Source: Patescibacteria group bacterium (GTDB lineage: Bacteria; Patescibacteriota; Microgenomatia; JAMCYU01). From it: a DNA stretch of 62,416 nt. The position numbers and the translations under genes were made by a program. The stretch covers positions 1 through 62,416 of the forward strand of contig JAMCYU010000008.1 of NCBI GenBank assembly GCA_023473585.1, read 5' to 3'. The notes beneath the pieces are model-generated. The model was not told the origin of the DNA and ran no database searches. It saw only the letters and a list, made by a program, of their open reading frames with translations. This document shows, piece by piece, positions 44,503-53,685 of this stretch (positions are counted from its first letter, which is position 1; each line of letters opens with the position of its first letter).

Positions 44503-47247
44503 TTAAGAATCCTCATCATTTAACCAGGTTTTCGTTTTAACAGAAAGCGGTTTTTGCATCCTGCCGAGAGCGATTTTCATTTTTTCCGCAGGAAATAAAT
44601 TAAAAAGAGAAAAAATCAAAAATAAAATTGACAAAAGGGTTAAAGCTAGCCCCGCTTGTACGGCTAAGCCTTGAGTGTATTCAAGCGTCACCTTAAGAGG
44701 ATATTGGCTTGTTTTGGGTAAAGAAGCGTACATCATTCCCGGCCCGGCCAACTCTAAATGTAAATTGGTTTTTTTATTTTTACCATCTAATGCGTAAGCT
44801 TTCCAGCTCGGATAATAGCTTTCTTTAAACAAAACTCCCGCGGCCCTTTCCGAAATCAAAATTTCTCTTTTTTCGGGATTTATAAAAGCCGCTTGAGCCG
44901 AATTTGGTAAACTCGCCGCCGCAAAATCCGTAAAAAATTGCCTTAAAAGTTTGGCTTCTTCAAAATTTTTATAGGCATTGGTGTGGTAAAGAAAATTAAA
45001 ACTTGTCCAGACAATTTTACCCTTACCGTATTTTCCGGACACGACGAGCGGTCCTTGTTTTGAATCTAAAACCACTTTTGCCCAAGGTTTTAAATTGCTT
45101 CCCTTGGCCATTTTCCACGGCGCTCCGTTATAAAGCGGCGGCGAAAAAAGGGTTAAATCAACATCGTTAAAAAAAGGACTTTCCTGTTTTTGAAAATCCC
45201 AAGTTCCCTGAATTTGGTTTCTGTTAAGAAGAGAAAAAGGCGAAGGTTCGGGAAGATCTTTCGCTGTTCCCTTTTCGTTTAAAAGTTCCGGCGAATCCCA
45301 GGCTTCCCATAAAATATTTCCTCCTTCATTTAAATAATCGGTTAGAATTTTATAAGCCCTTTTTTGATCGCGGTAACGATATCCGAACAAAACCAAGCTC
45401 GTGTAAGCTTTAAAATCTTTAGCGGTGTAGTCATCTAAGTAAAGTTTGCCGCGGACCGGAATTAATTTTGAACTATTGTAATTAGTAAAAGTCAGGTTAG
45501 TAAAAAGAAGGTTGTAGCTTTTGGGATCGCCGATATAAAGCACTGTCGGCGCGCTGGTGGCAGAAAGAATCGGGCCGGGGTTTTCAACCTCAAATTGTTC
45601 CTGAACTCCGTCATAATGCACTCGGCCGTAAGAAACGAGGTTAAAACCAGATTCACGAAGATAACGATTTTGGCTTGCGGCCACAAAATCGGCCGCTGAC
45701 TTTCCCCCGCCGGCGCCATTATAAGCTTCATAATCGGAAATATCTTTACTTCTTTCGTAAGTTGAAAACCAGCGTACCGCAAACCAATCTAAGGCCGACC
45801 TTGCTTCGTCAAGCGAAAACTTTTGGTTATCCCAAAGAGCCTGTTCAAACCAATAGCGCCAATCAGGATACAAAATTCCTTGTCCGTAATAATCTCTTAC
45901 TTGAGGAATCTTGTAAAGGGTATTAAACCAAACGGCCTCGTCGGCGTCAAAAGCGGCGAAACGGTGGTTAAAATCTCCTGCTTGGGGAAATTTCAGAATC
46001 CGCTGCAGTTTATAAACGGCATTTTGGGGAATATCGGCACTCGTATCGTTAATATTGATTTGGCGATCGTCCTTTTTAATTAGGGGAACACCGACAGCCA
46101 ACGTTGACCCCCAAACAACCGCTATTAAAAGAAAACCAATTAGGGGCAAAACTCGTTTGGCTGTTGGTTGCAGCCGCGCCAGCAAAAGACCAATAAGAAT
46201 ACTCCCGTAAAGAGTCATAAAAAGAGTCGCGGAAAGAGGAATAAACCCGTTAATATAATAATACTTTCCCGAAAGACCCGTGTACCCAATCAAGGCATAA
46301 GCGGAAAAAAGAAGAAACATAACAAGCGGAGCAAAAATAAGTCTTAAAAGACCAATTTCGCCTTCAGGTTTTAACCGTTTTAAAAAACCCAAAATCAAAA
46401 CCACCGCTAATAAAGGTAAAACAAACGGCCCCATACCGGCAAAATCAATTAAATAATAAAGCGGAGCCGGCACCACTGGAGAGATAACACCGATAAAGGT
46501 CGAGGCGCCTCCGGGGCTTAAAAATAAAGGCAGAAAGAAAAATCCAGCCACGGAAAAAGAAGACAAATAAATTAAAAAACCATATTTTATTTTTTTCTTT
46601 AAAGGAAAGACTGAAACAAGAATGAGGAAAAAAATGGCTATCCAAATAAAAAGCCCCATCAGGGCGTGGGTGGTTAAGGCCGCTCCCAGAGCTAAAGCTG
46701 CCGCCGCAAATTCCTTCCTCGGAAAAGCTTCTTTACTTTCCGCCGCTTTTAGAAACCTAGCTGTGAACCAAAAAGCAATCAGGGAAAAACCCACCCCCAA
46801 AATTCGAGGGTAAATACCGCCGGATAACATCCATGACCAAAGACTAAAAGAAGAAAGCGCTAAAATCGCGGCAAACAACCCCCAAAAAGGTTTTCGGGTT
46901 TGCGTCAAGACAAAACCAAAAACTCCAATCCCGATGGCCGCGTAAGCCAAAAAACCAAGAATAATCAGGCTGAAAAAAGGACTGCCCGAAAAGATTTTGG
47001 CAATAATGGCGCCCAAGAAATAAAACAAAGGCGCTTCGGTTTTAAAAGTCGGCATTCCGTCGGCCCAGTGATATTGCCAAAAGACATGAGGAAAAAAATC
47101 TAAAAGATAAACTATCCGTGTAATTCGGGCGTAAGCATCCGCCCCCTTAGGGAAACCCGTAAAAGTTTCCAGTTGATATCCGTAAAGAGCAACCACGAAA
47201 AGAATCAAAATAAAACAGAAAATAAGAACAAATTTTTGTCTATTCAT
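44503..47247 (-). CDS. GT-C/YfhO-like paralog (914 aa)
   Basis: Same architecture as the 916-aa protein: GADAYAR loop, IPQVRDYYG, and the tail WLNDEDS. Confidence 0.55.
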   Translation of the reverse strand: MNRQKFVLIFCFILILFVVALYGYQLETFTGFPKGADAYARITRIVYLLDFFPHVFWQYHWADGMPTFKTEAPLFYFLGAIIAKIFSGSPFFSLIILGFLAYAAIGIGVFGFVLTQTRKPFWGLFAAILALSSFSLWSWMLSGGIYPRILGVGFSLIAFWFTARFLKAAESKEAFPRKEFAAAALALGAALTTHALMGLFIWIAIFFLILVSVFPLKKKIKYGFLIYLSSFSVAGFFFLPLFLSPGGASTFIGVISPVVPAPLYYLIDFAGMGPFVLPLLAVVLILGFLKRLKPEGEIGLLRLIFAPLVMFLLFSAYALIGYTGLSGKYYYINGFIPLSATLFMTLYGSILIGLLLARLQPTAKRVLPLIGFLLIAVVWGSTLAVGVPLIKKDDRQININDTSADIPQNAVYKLQRILKFPQAGDFNHRFAAFDADEAVWFNTLYKIPQVRDYYGQGILYPDWRYWFEQALWDNQKFSLDEARSALDWFAVRWFSTYERSKDISDYEAYNGAGGGKSAADFVAASQNRYLRESGFNLVSYGRVHYDGVQEQFEVENPGPILSATSAPTVLYIGDPKSYNLLFTNLTFTNYNSSKLIPVRGKLYLDDYTAKDFKAYTSLVLFGYRYRDQKRAYKILTDYLNEGGNILWEAWDSPELLNEKGTAKDLPEPSPFSLLNRNQIQGTWDFQKQESPFFNDVDLTLFSPPLYNGAPWKMAKGSNLKPWAKVVLDSKQGPLVVSGKYGKGKIVWTSFNFLYHTNAYKNFEEAKLLRQFFTDFAAASLPNSAQAAFINPEKREILISERAAGVLFKESYYPSWKAYALDGKNKKTNLHLELAGPGMMYASLPKTSQYPLKVTLEYTQGLAVQAGLALTLLSILFLIFSLFNLFPAEKMKIALGRMQKPLSVKTKTWLNDEDS

Positions 47248-49321
47248 CTTCGTCTTTATCCTCCTCCCATTTAGCTTTGGCTTGTTTAAAAAGCCCGTTT
47301 AAACGCTTCGTTAAAAAGGGGTAAGCGATAAAACCAATAACCGTCATGATCGTTAACAAATATCCCAACCAAATATCCCCAGTTTTATGCCAAGTCAGGG
47401 TAATTTCCATGTTTCCCGTTGCCTTTGGTTCCAGTAACATAAAACCTAACGGGTCTTTTTTGATCGCAATCTTTTCCTGACCGGAAAAAGCCTGCCAGCC
47501 GCTACTGTAAGGAATCTGCAAAGCAACCCCTTCTTCTTTATCTAAGTTGGCCGTAATTTTGGCTTGACCATTTTTAAACCAAGTAAAATTAGCCTCCGGC
47601 AATTTGTTGTTATCGATATAAATTAAATAATCTTGTAAGGCTGAATAATCAACGGCGTTTTTTAATGGTTTTAGGTTAACAAAATTCGTTTTGCTGACAA
47701 CTTGAGCGAGTGACGGCTGAACCAAGGGTACTTTATAAATCACATCCCCTTTCAAGTCAATTATTTTCGTTAAATCAGGGTTTTCGGTGAACCTTTCGAT
47801 TTTTTTAAAATCATGGAAAACCTCCGAAGACTGAGGAGTATTCACCACCAAATAGGAAACATTCAAAATTCTCAGCCAAGAGAGGGCGATTTCCGCTTCT
47901 TTTCCTAAAGGCGCGTTTTCTCCGGTGTTAATTTGATAAATCGCGTGGAGAACCCAAGGATTGGCCAAACCGTCATTGCCACCTCTGACCTGAGGGACGT
48001 CGAAAAAAGTATTCAGCCAAAAAGCGGTCGAACCGGAAGCATAAACCCTTTCTCCGTCAGTGTTATTTTTAAGCCAAGAGGCAATTTTATACTCCGAGGT
48101 TTGCTCAATTGCCTGGTGAGGTTGCGTTAAATTCCAAACTTGGTTAATATATCTTAATGGCAAATAGAGTATCAAAATAGTAATTAGTGTATATAAAATT
48201 CCTTTTGCCCAGACCAATTTCGGGATGATTTTTTCAATTAAAAGAAAAATTCCCCAAGAAAGAAAAAGAGCCATCCCCATGTCCATTTCCGGAAGATAGC
48301 GATTTGGTTGAGGTAAAAGCATGACTTCCTTGGTGAACCAAAAATAAGCGGAGGAGAAAAACAAAACAACCCAAGTCACGGTTATCAACGGTAGTTTCCA
48401 ATTTTCTTTTTTAGCCGCAAGGGCGAAAAGAAAAACTAAAGGAATCAATAAAAAAATAAACGGTAAAAAACGAAAATACACCTCGCCTAAACTGCCACCC
48501 GCTCCCCCGGTCCCAATCGAGAGGCTGGCTTTCATAAAAGAAAGGTTATACCAAAAACTGACTAAACCAAAACTGTAAAAAACAAGAAGGAAAGATCTTC
48601 CCGCTTTTTTCTGCCAATCCTGACCAATATCTTCAATGATAAAAACGGTCATCAGCATCATCGTCAGTCCCATTAAAGAGATCATGTTCGTTAGAGCGAC
48701 AAAAGCGATAAAAATACTGGCCATTAAATAATTTCGCAAATTACCCTGCCGAAGGGTTTTAAAAGTAAAAAGAATCGCCAAGGGCAGAAAGAATAAACCA
48801 ATAATGTGCCCGCCTTCCCCATATAGAATCATGGTTAAAAAACGCCATGGGGCAAAATTGTGAGCTTCAGCCGTTCCGGAAAGTCCCGGCATTAAATATC
48901 CGACGGTGGGCGCGAAGGCAAAAATCATGGCCGATAAAAAACCGGCGGCCGTATTCTTGAGAAGATAGCGAACCAGAAAATACACGCTAATCGGCGTCGC
49001 CGCGTAAAAAAAGCCGATCAAAATCCGATACCATGATTCAAGAGGAATTGAACTAAAACAGGCGTGGAGCAAAACCATTAAGTATGGCAAAAAGGGCGTA
49101 TAAAATAAATGAAACGGGAAACCCGTATACCAATAAGGATTCCAGGACAAATTGGGAAAATTTTCCGCGATAAAGCGGGCGTCGGCAATAAAAACACTTT
49201 CAATTGACCCCATTTGGCTGGTATAACCGCCGCTAAAAAGCGGCCAAATCAGCATCGCGTTAACCGTAAAGAGAAAGAGCGGAATAACCATCAAGGAAAA
49301 TAATAATTTGATTATTCTCAT
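47240..49321 (-). CDS. GT-C/YfhO-like paralog (693 aa)
   Basis: Same architecture: VPQVRGGNDG and the tail KWEEDKDEDE. Confidence 0.55.
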   Translation of the reverse strand: MRIIKLLFSLMVIPLFLFTVNAMLIWPLFSGGYTSQMGSIESVFIADARFIAENFPNLSWNPYWYTGFPFHLFYTPFLPYLMVLLHACFSSIPLESWYRILIGFFYAATPISVYFLVRYLLKNTAAGFLSAMIFAFAPTVGYLMPGLSGTAEAHNFAPWRFLTMILYGEGGHIIGLFFLPLAILFTFKTLRQGNLRNYLMASIFIAFVALTNMISLMGLTMMLMTVFIIEDIGQDWQKKAGRSFLLVFYSFGLVSFWYNLSFMKASLSIGTGGAGGSLGEVYFRFLPFIFLLIPLVFLFALAAKKENWKLPLITVTWVVLFFSSAYFWFTKEVMLLPQPNRYLPEMDMGMALFLSWGIFLLIEKIIPKLVWAKGILYTLITILILYLPLRYINQVWNLTQPHQAIEQTSEYKIASWLKNNTDGERVYASGSTAFWLNTFFDVPQVRGGNDGLANPWVLHAIYQINTGENAPLGKEAEIALSWLRILNVSYLVVNTPQSSEVFHDFKKIERFTENPDLTKIIDLKGDVIYKVPLVQPSLAQVVSKTNFVNLKPLKNAVDYSALQDYLIYIDNNKLPEANFTWFKNGQAKITANLDKEEGVALQIPYSSGWQAFSGQEKIAIKKDPLGFMLLEPKATGNMEITLTWHKTGDIWLGYLLTIMTVIGFIAYPFLTKRLNGLFKQAKAKWEEDKDEDE

Positions 49322-50724
49322 ATTGATTGAATGGTTAAAAAGGCTTTAATTTTCCGATTTAAATCGGATAGACCTCTTATTTGTCCCAGTTGCCTCAAAA
49401 GAAATTTTGGCTGGCGATAAAATTCCCGATACGCTTTTTTTTCGTACGCTTGAACTGTTTGCGCGTTCAAACCTTCAGGTACATAATAAAGATGGTTAGG
49501 CAGATTTACTAGAAGTCTATCATAAGCAACGTTTTTTAAAAAACTGCGTTTCTTGGCCTCCTGCCAAAGTTTTGTTCCCGGGTAAGGCGTCGCGATCGTA
49601 AAATTAGCCACGGATAAGGGCAGGCTTTTAGCAAAATCAATTGTCTCCTGCATGGTCTTTTCCGTTTCCCCGGGCAAACCTAAAATAAAAAATCCCAAAG
49701 CCTGAATTCCAACCCTGGTTGTTTCCCCAACCGCCTCCTCTACCATTTTTTTGGTGATGCCTTTATTTAAACTTTTCAAGATTTCCTCATTTCCCGATTC
49801 AATGCCGTAGGAAATCTGCCAGCAGCCGGCTTTTTTCATCAAACGAAACATTTCCCCATCCGCTTTATTCACCCGTCCCAAACAAGTCCAAGTAAATTTC
49901 AACTTTTTTTTAAAAATTAAACGACAGATTTCTTTAACCCGATCCGTATCCGCGTTAAAGGTATCGTCCCAAAGACGAATTTCCTTGGCGCCATATTTGT
50001 TAATCAGAATTTCCATTTCCGAAACGACACTTTCAGGGCTTCGGAAGCGCCATTTATTACCAAAAACGCCTCGGAAACAAAAATTGCATTGGTATGGACA
50101 ACCGCGGCTGGTAATCATTGTCCCCACCGGAAAATTTTGATAGGTTGCCGGAGTCGGATGATAGGCTGATAAAGAAGGCATTAAGTGCCTGGCCGGAAAA
50201 GCAATTTGGTCAAGATTCTCAATGTATGCTCTTGGGACGGTTTTGATAACTTTTTTTCCTTTTCGGAAAACAATTCCGGCGACCTTGCTAAGATTGCCCT
50301 TATTAGTTAAAACCTGAATAAGCTCGACAATCGTCTGTTCACCTTCACCAATGACCCCAACATCAAAACAAGAAAATTTGGCGACCTCCTTTGGCATTGC
50401 GGTCACATGAGGCCCGCCGATAATAACGAACGCTTTCTGAGATTTTTTTAATGCCCTTGCTAGTCTGACAGCCTTATTAAAATCAACCGTTGAAGCAGAA
50501 AGACCGATAAAGTCCGGCAACAACCTTTGCGCCTCGGCAACAACCTCTTTAATCCCCCAACCCAGCGGTGGAGCGTCAATAATTTTAATCTCAAAGCCCG
50601 CTTTCTCCAAAACCGCGCCAAGATAACCAATACCAAGTGGCGGCTGCATGTTTCCCACCTCTGCCAGAGAACTGAATTCTTCTTTTAAACTGTAGGGAGG
50701 GAAAATGAGTAAAACTTTAGTCAT
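49318..50724 (-). CDS. B12-binding (class B) radical SAM enzyme, second copy
   Basis: VLLIFPPY..PPLGIGYLGAVL and SRGCPYQCNFC. Confidence 0.85.
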   Translation of the reverse strand: MTKVLLIFPPYSLKEEFSSLAEVGNMQPPLGIGYLGAVLEKAGFEIKIIDAPPLGWGIKEVVAEAQRLLPDFIGLSASTVDFNKAVRLARALKKSQKAFVIIGGPHVTAMPKEVAKFSCFDVGVIGEGEQTIVELIQVLTNKGNLSKVAGIVFRKGKKVIKTVPRAYIENLDQIAFPARHLMPSLSAYHPTPATYQNFPVGTMITSRGCPYQCNFCFRGVFGNKWRFRSPESVVSEMEILINKYGAKEIRLWDDTFNADTDRVKEICRLIFKKKLKFTWTCLGRVNKADGEMFRLMKKAGCWQISYGIESGNEEILKSLNKGITKKMVEEAVGETTRVGIQALGFFILGLPGETEKTMQETIDFAKSLPLSVANFTIATPYPGTKLWQEAKKRSFLKNVAYDRLLVNLPNHLYYVPEGLNAQTVQAYEKKAYREFYRQPKFLLRQLGQIRGLSDLNRKIKAFLTIQSI

Positions 50725-51403
50725 TTTCGACGACGAAAAAGAAATTCATCCCAAAACAACCTCTTTTAAGTCTTAAAATCTTACCTTGGTTGTTAAAAAG
50801 AGCTTGAACCTCCCTTTTTTTAAAAATTCGATGATAAGGCTCTCCCGGGTGGGTTGATGATAAAAACCGAAGATGCCAAATTGGATTTTGAGCTGGAACC
50901 GAGCCGATTAAAATCCCCTTTGGGGTTAAGACACGAAGGATTTCTGATAAAGCTTTTTGAGGATGAATAAGATGTTCTAGAACATCAGTGCAAATTACCG
51001 CCTTAAAAGCTTGGCCGGAAAAAGGCATTTTTTCGATATCTCCAAGGACTAACTTCGCCTGGGGAGCATGAGTTTTAGCCCGGCGAAGATTTCGAGGGTT
51101 AATGTCAAGACCAATTGAATCAGGAGGCAAATGGCGCAGAATTAAACCTGTACCACAACCAACATCAAGAAACTTACCTTCCTTTCCAAATTCTTTTACC
51201 AATTTTAAAGTCTCCCTTTCTCTTAGACAATGAAGAATCGTCTCCAGACCCCGAAATCGGTTAGCCACCTCAACCCAATCATAGTCTTCTAATTCTTGAT
51301 AATATCGCTTATTTTCTTTAACAAACTTTTCTGTCGAAATATCGACAGTAAGCCCGTTTTTTGCACAAAATTTCCAATTAACAAATCTCGCTTTTCTCTT
51401 CAT
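50717..51403 (-). CDS. Class I SAM-dependent methyltransferase (228 aa)
   Basis: LDVGCGTGL..GLDINP..GDIEKMPF. Confidence 0.8.
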   Translation of the reverse strand: MKRKARFVNWKFCAKNGLTVDISTEKFVKENKRYYQELEDYDWVEVANRFRGLETILHCLRERETLKLVKEFGKEGKFLDVGCGTGLILRHLPPDSIGLDINPRNLRRAKTHAPQAKLVLGDIEKMPFSGQAFKAVICTDVLEHLIHPQKALSEILRVLTPKGILIGSVPAQNPIWHLRFLSSTHPGEPYHRIFKKREVQALFNNQGKILRLKRGCFGMNFFFVVEND

Positions 51404-51457
51404 CTTAAAAACCTTAAAATTTTGAAGAATTTTTCTGACGGCTTCAAAACGTTTAAA

Positions 51458-52723
51458 TCATCCATTTTCGCCTTTGGCGAATTTTTGGCTTAATTTTAAG
51501 GTGCTTAAAATTAAAACGGTTGCTGACGAAATAACTATCCCGATGATTTGAGAAAATCCCCCACCGTCTCGGACTAATTGTGCCCCCAAAACTTGGTTAG
51601 AACTCTCAAGACGGTTGGTAAATTGCGGCCGCACGAAAAATACCGAAATAACCAAAAAAGATAAAAGAAAACTGATCCAGCCGTAAAAAATAGGACTCAC
51701 TCTCTCCTTTTTTTCTTTTGGGAATTTTGGAATAAACGGAAGAAGGCGTAAAAAGACACCGGGATTAGTTTTTAAAACCTCGGCAATAATGACCAAAACA
51801 ACGGCGAGAAAAAAAGAAAAGCTGAAATAAAACTCCGGCAGGAAACGATTCGGAACCGGTAAATAAGTCGTACTAATACTGGGCGCCACATAAATAAGCG
51901 TAAAAAACACTAAAAAATGACTCAAGCTTAAAAAAATGGCTTGTAAACTGGGCTTTCGGTCAAAAATCAAAAAAGAAAGGGCACCCAAAACCGGGACCAA
52001 AAAGAACGACGGCGGGATGAGATTCAATAGAAGTTTAACGAGTGCTTCTCCGTGCTCGGCTTGAAAAATTTTGTAAACAAAGCTCGGGTGATACCAAAAA
52101 CTGGAAAGGCCGGCCGCGGCGATCAGAATCATTAAGGTCGACAGCATTTTAAACCGGCCCAAACCTAAAAGCATCTCCGAGTAGGTCAGTAAGCCCAAAA
52201 AGATTAATAAGGTAAAAAGACCGAAAGGACTGGTTAAGGCGACCAAAGCGACTCCAACCGCCGAAACCAAAAGCAAACCAATGGTGGGATTGCGTAAAAA
52301 ACGCAGATTGAAAATTAAAACGATGGGCAAAATCGTTAAGGAAACCAGATGCGCACTGTCGCCAACGGCAACCGTATCATAAAATCTGGAGGCTGACAAA
52401 GTGTAAATTAAGCCTGCTAAAAGACTGATTAAGCGTCTATTGGTAATTTCCCAAACATAAAAATATAAAGAAACCGGTCCAAAAATATAGGCGCCGAAAA
52501 TTAAAAACTTTAAAATTTCTTCTCTGCCTCCGGCAAGAAAAGGCAAAAGAGGCGCCGTGAATTTGCTAAAGGGCAAGGTCTTGTCCATGAGTGGCCAAAT
52601 CAAAAAAAGATTGAGGATTAAAACAAGAAGGGGCAAAACCAAGGTATGCAAATTTAAACTGATGCGGGGAGCGGCTGGGGTTGACAATTTTGCATGATTA
52701 CTTAAGCGTCTAAAAAACCGCAT
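51458..52723 (-). CDS. Polytopic membrane protein resembling the TM half of the GT-C-like paralogs (421 aa)
   Basis: More than 10 TM helices and no ectodomain. Confidence 0.6.
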   Translation of the reverse strand: MRFFRRLSNHAKLSTPAAPRISLNLHTLVLPLLVLILNLFLIWPLMDKTLPFSKFTAPLLPFLAGGREEILKFLIFGAYIFGPVSLYFYVWEITNRRLISLLAGLIYTLSASRFYDTVAVGDSAHLVSLTILPIVLIFNLRFLRNPTIGLLLVSAVGVALVALTSPFGLFTLLIFLGLLTYSEMLLGLGRFKMLSTLMILIAAAGLSSFWYHPSFVYKIFQAEHGEALVKLLLNLIPPSFFLVPVLGALSFLIFDRKPSLQAIFLSLSHFLVFFTLIYVAPSISTTYLPVPNRFLPEFYFSFSFFLAVVLVIIAEVLKTNPGVFLRLLPFIPKFPKEKKERVSPIFYGWISFLLSFLVISVFFVRPQFTNRLESSNQVLGAQLVRDGGGFSQIIGIVISSATVLILSTLKLSQKFAKGENG

Positions 52724-52876
52724 GGTTTTATTTTAGTAAAAATGCCATGGGTTATCAAGAATGAAGAAGGTATAAACTCCTTTAATTATTCTTAGCAGAT
52801 ATCAAGTTACTACTTGAATTTTAGCGTTTAATGTTTTATTAATATATCTATAGTAAAGAGAAGGGGGGTGATAAAA

Positions 52877-53008
52877 ATGAAAAAAATATTATTCATCTTG
52901 GCCATATGTTTCCTTTTAGGCTTTACCTTAGCCAACGGTCATAAAGGTGATGGATGCGGATGGCCGACAACTCCATTTTCTAGTTTAAAACTTTGTCCCT
53001 ATTTATAA
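52877..53008 (+). CDS. Unlisted 43-aa secreted peptide with two Cys in the mature part
   Basis: Hand translation gives MKKILFILAICFLLGFTLANGHKGDGCGWPTTPFSSLKLCPYL*. The SD GGGGGGTGA lies 6 nt upstream. An AT hairpin follows (AAAATAAAAA/TTTTTATTTT). Confidence 0.45.
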   Translation: MKKILFILAICFLLGFTLANGHKGDGCGWPTTPFSSLKLCPYL

Positions 53009-53064
53009 ATTAAAATAAAAACAGATCTTATTTTTATTTTATTTGCTTTCAGTAATTCTGTTTT

Positions 53065-53685
53065 TTAACCTATTTCTTTCTTTGACAAGAAGGTTTTTCT
53101 CTTCCCCATTGATATTTTACCTCCCTCATCATTTTTCTCTTCCAACACATAAGAGTAACTAAACCACCAAAAGAAAAACAACCACAAGATTAAAATAATA
53201 ACCGAGGAATAATCATGGATGACCGTCGCCGGAACCCCTCTTACATAAACGATCAAAATCGCTACTAAACTGATTCTTAAAATATTAACAAGGATTGTTC
53301 CTAAAATTCCTATCATGGCACATTCGATTTTTGAAACCTTCGTATAGGCTCCCTGTAAACCAGTTGCTAGGGTTAGCAATAAAACTAACATTGATTGCCA
53401 ACCTAAACAATTCCAGGAAATGATGATTTTTTCCCAGACGCCGTTTTTTAAAATACTGATACTGGTCGCCGAAGCGCTTGCCTGCTGTCCCATCGCCCCA
53501 AGAAAAACGACAATCATCCGTGTTTCCAGGGGTAAAATAAAACTTTCAATCAGCCGATACCAACCCATCTTTAAGAAAATCGAGGTTAAAAGTTCGTTAA
53601 AAGTTGTTAGGAAAGGTAAAAGCAATAAGAAAATCGCCAAGAGACTAAAAATCGTTAGAAATGTTGCCTTAGGATTCCCCTTCAC
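53065..53685 (-). CDS. Exosortase/archaeosortase-family protein (short form, 206 aa)
   Basis: Polytopic. The candidate catalytic Cys/Arg/His contexts are WNCLGWQS, VNILRISL and VIHDYS, in the order expected for the family. Confidence 0.6.
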   Translation of the reverse strand: MKGNPKATFLTIFSLLAIFLLLLPFLTTFNELLTSIFLKMGWYRLIESFILPLETRMIVVFLGAMGQQASASATSISILKNGVWEKIIISWNCLGWQSMLVLLLTLATGLQGAYTKVSKIECAMIGILGTILVNILRISLVAILIVYVRGVPATVIHDYSSVIILILWLFFFWWFSYSYVLEEKNDEGGKISMGKRKTFLSKKEIG

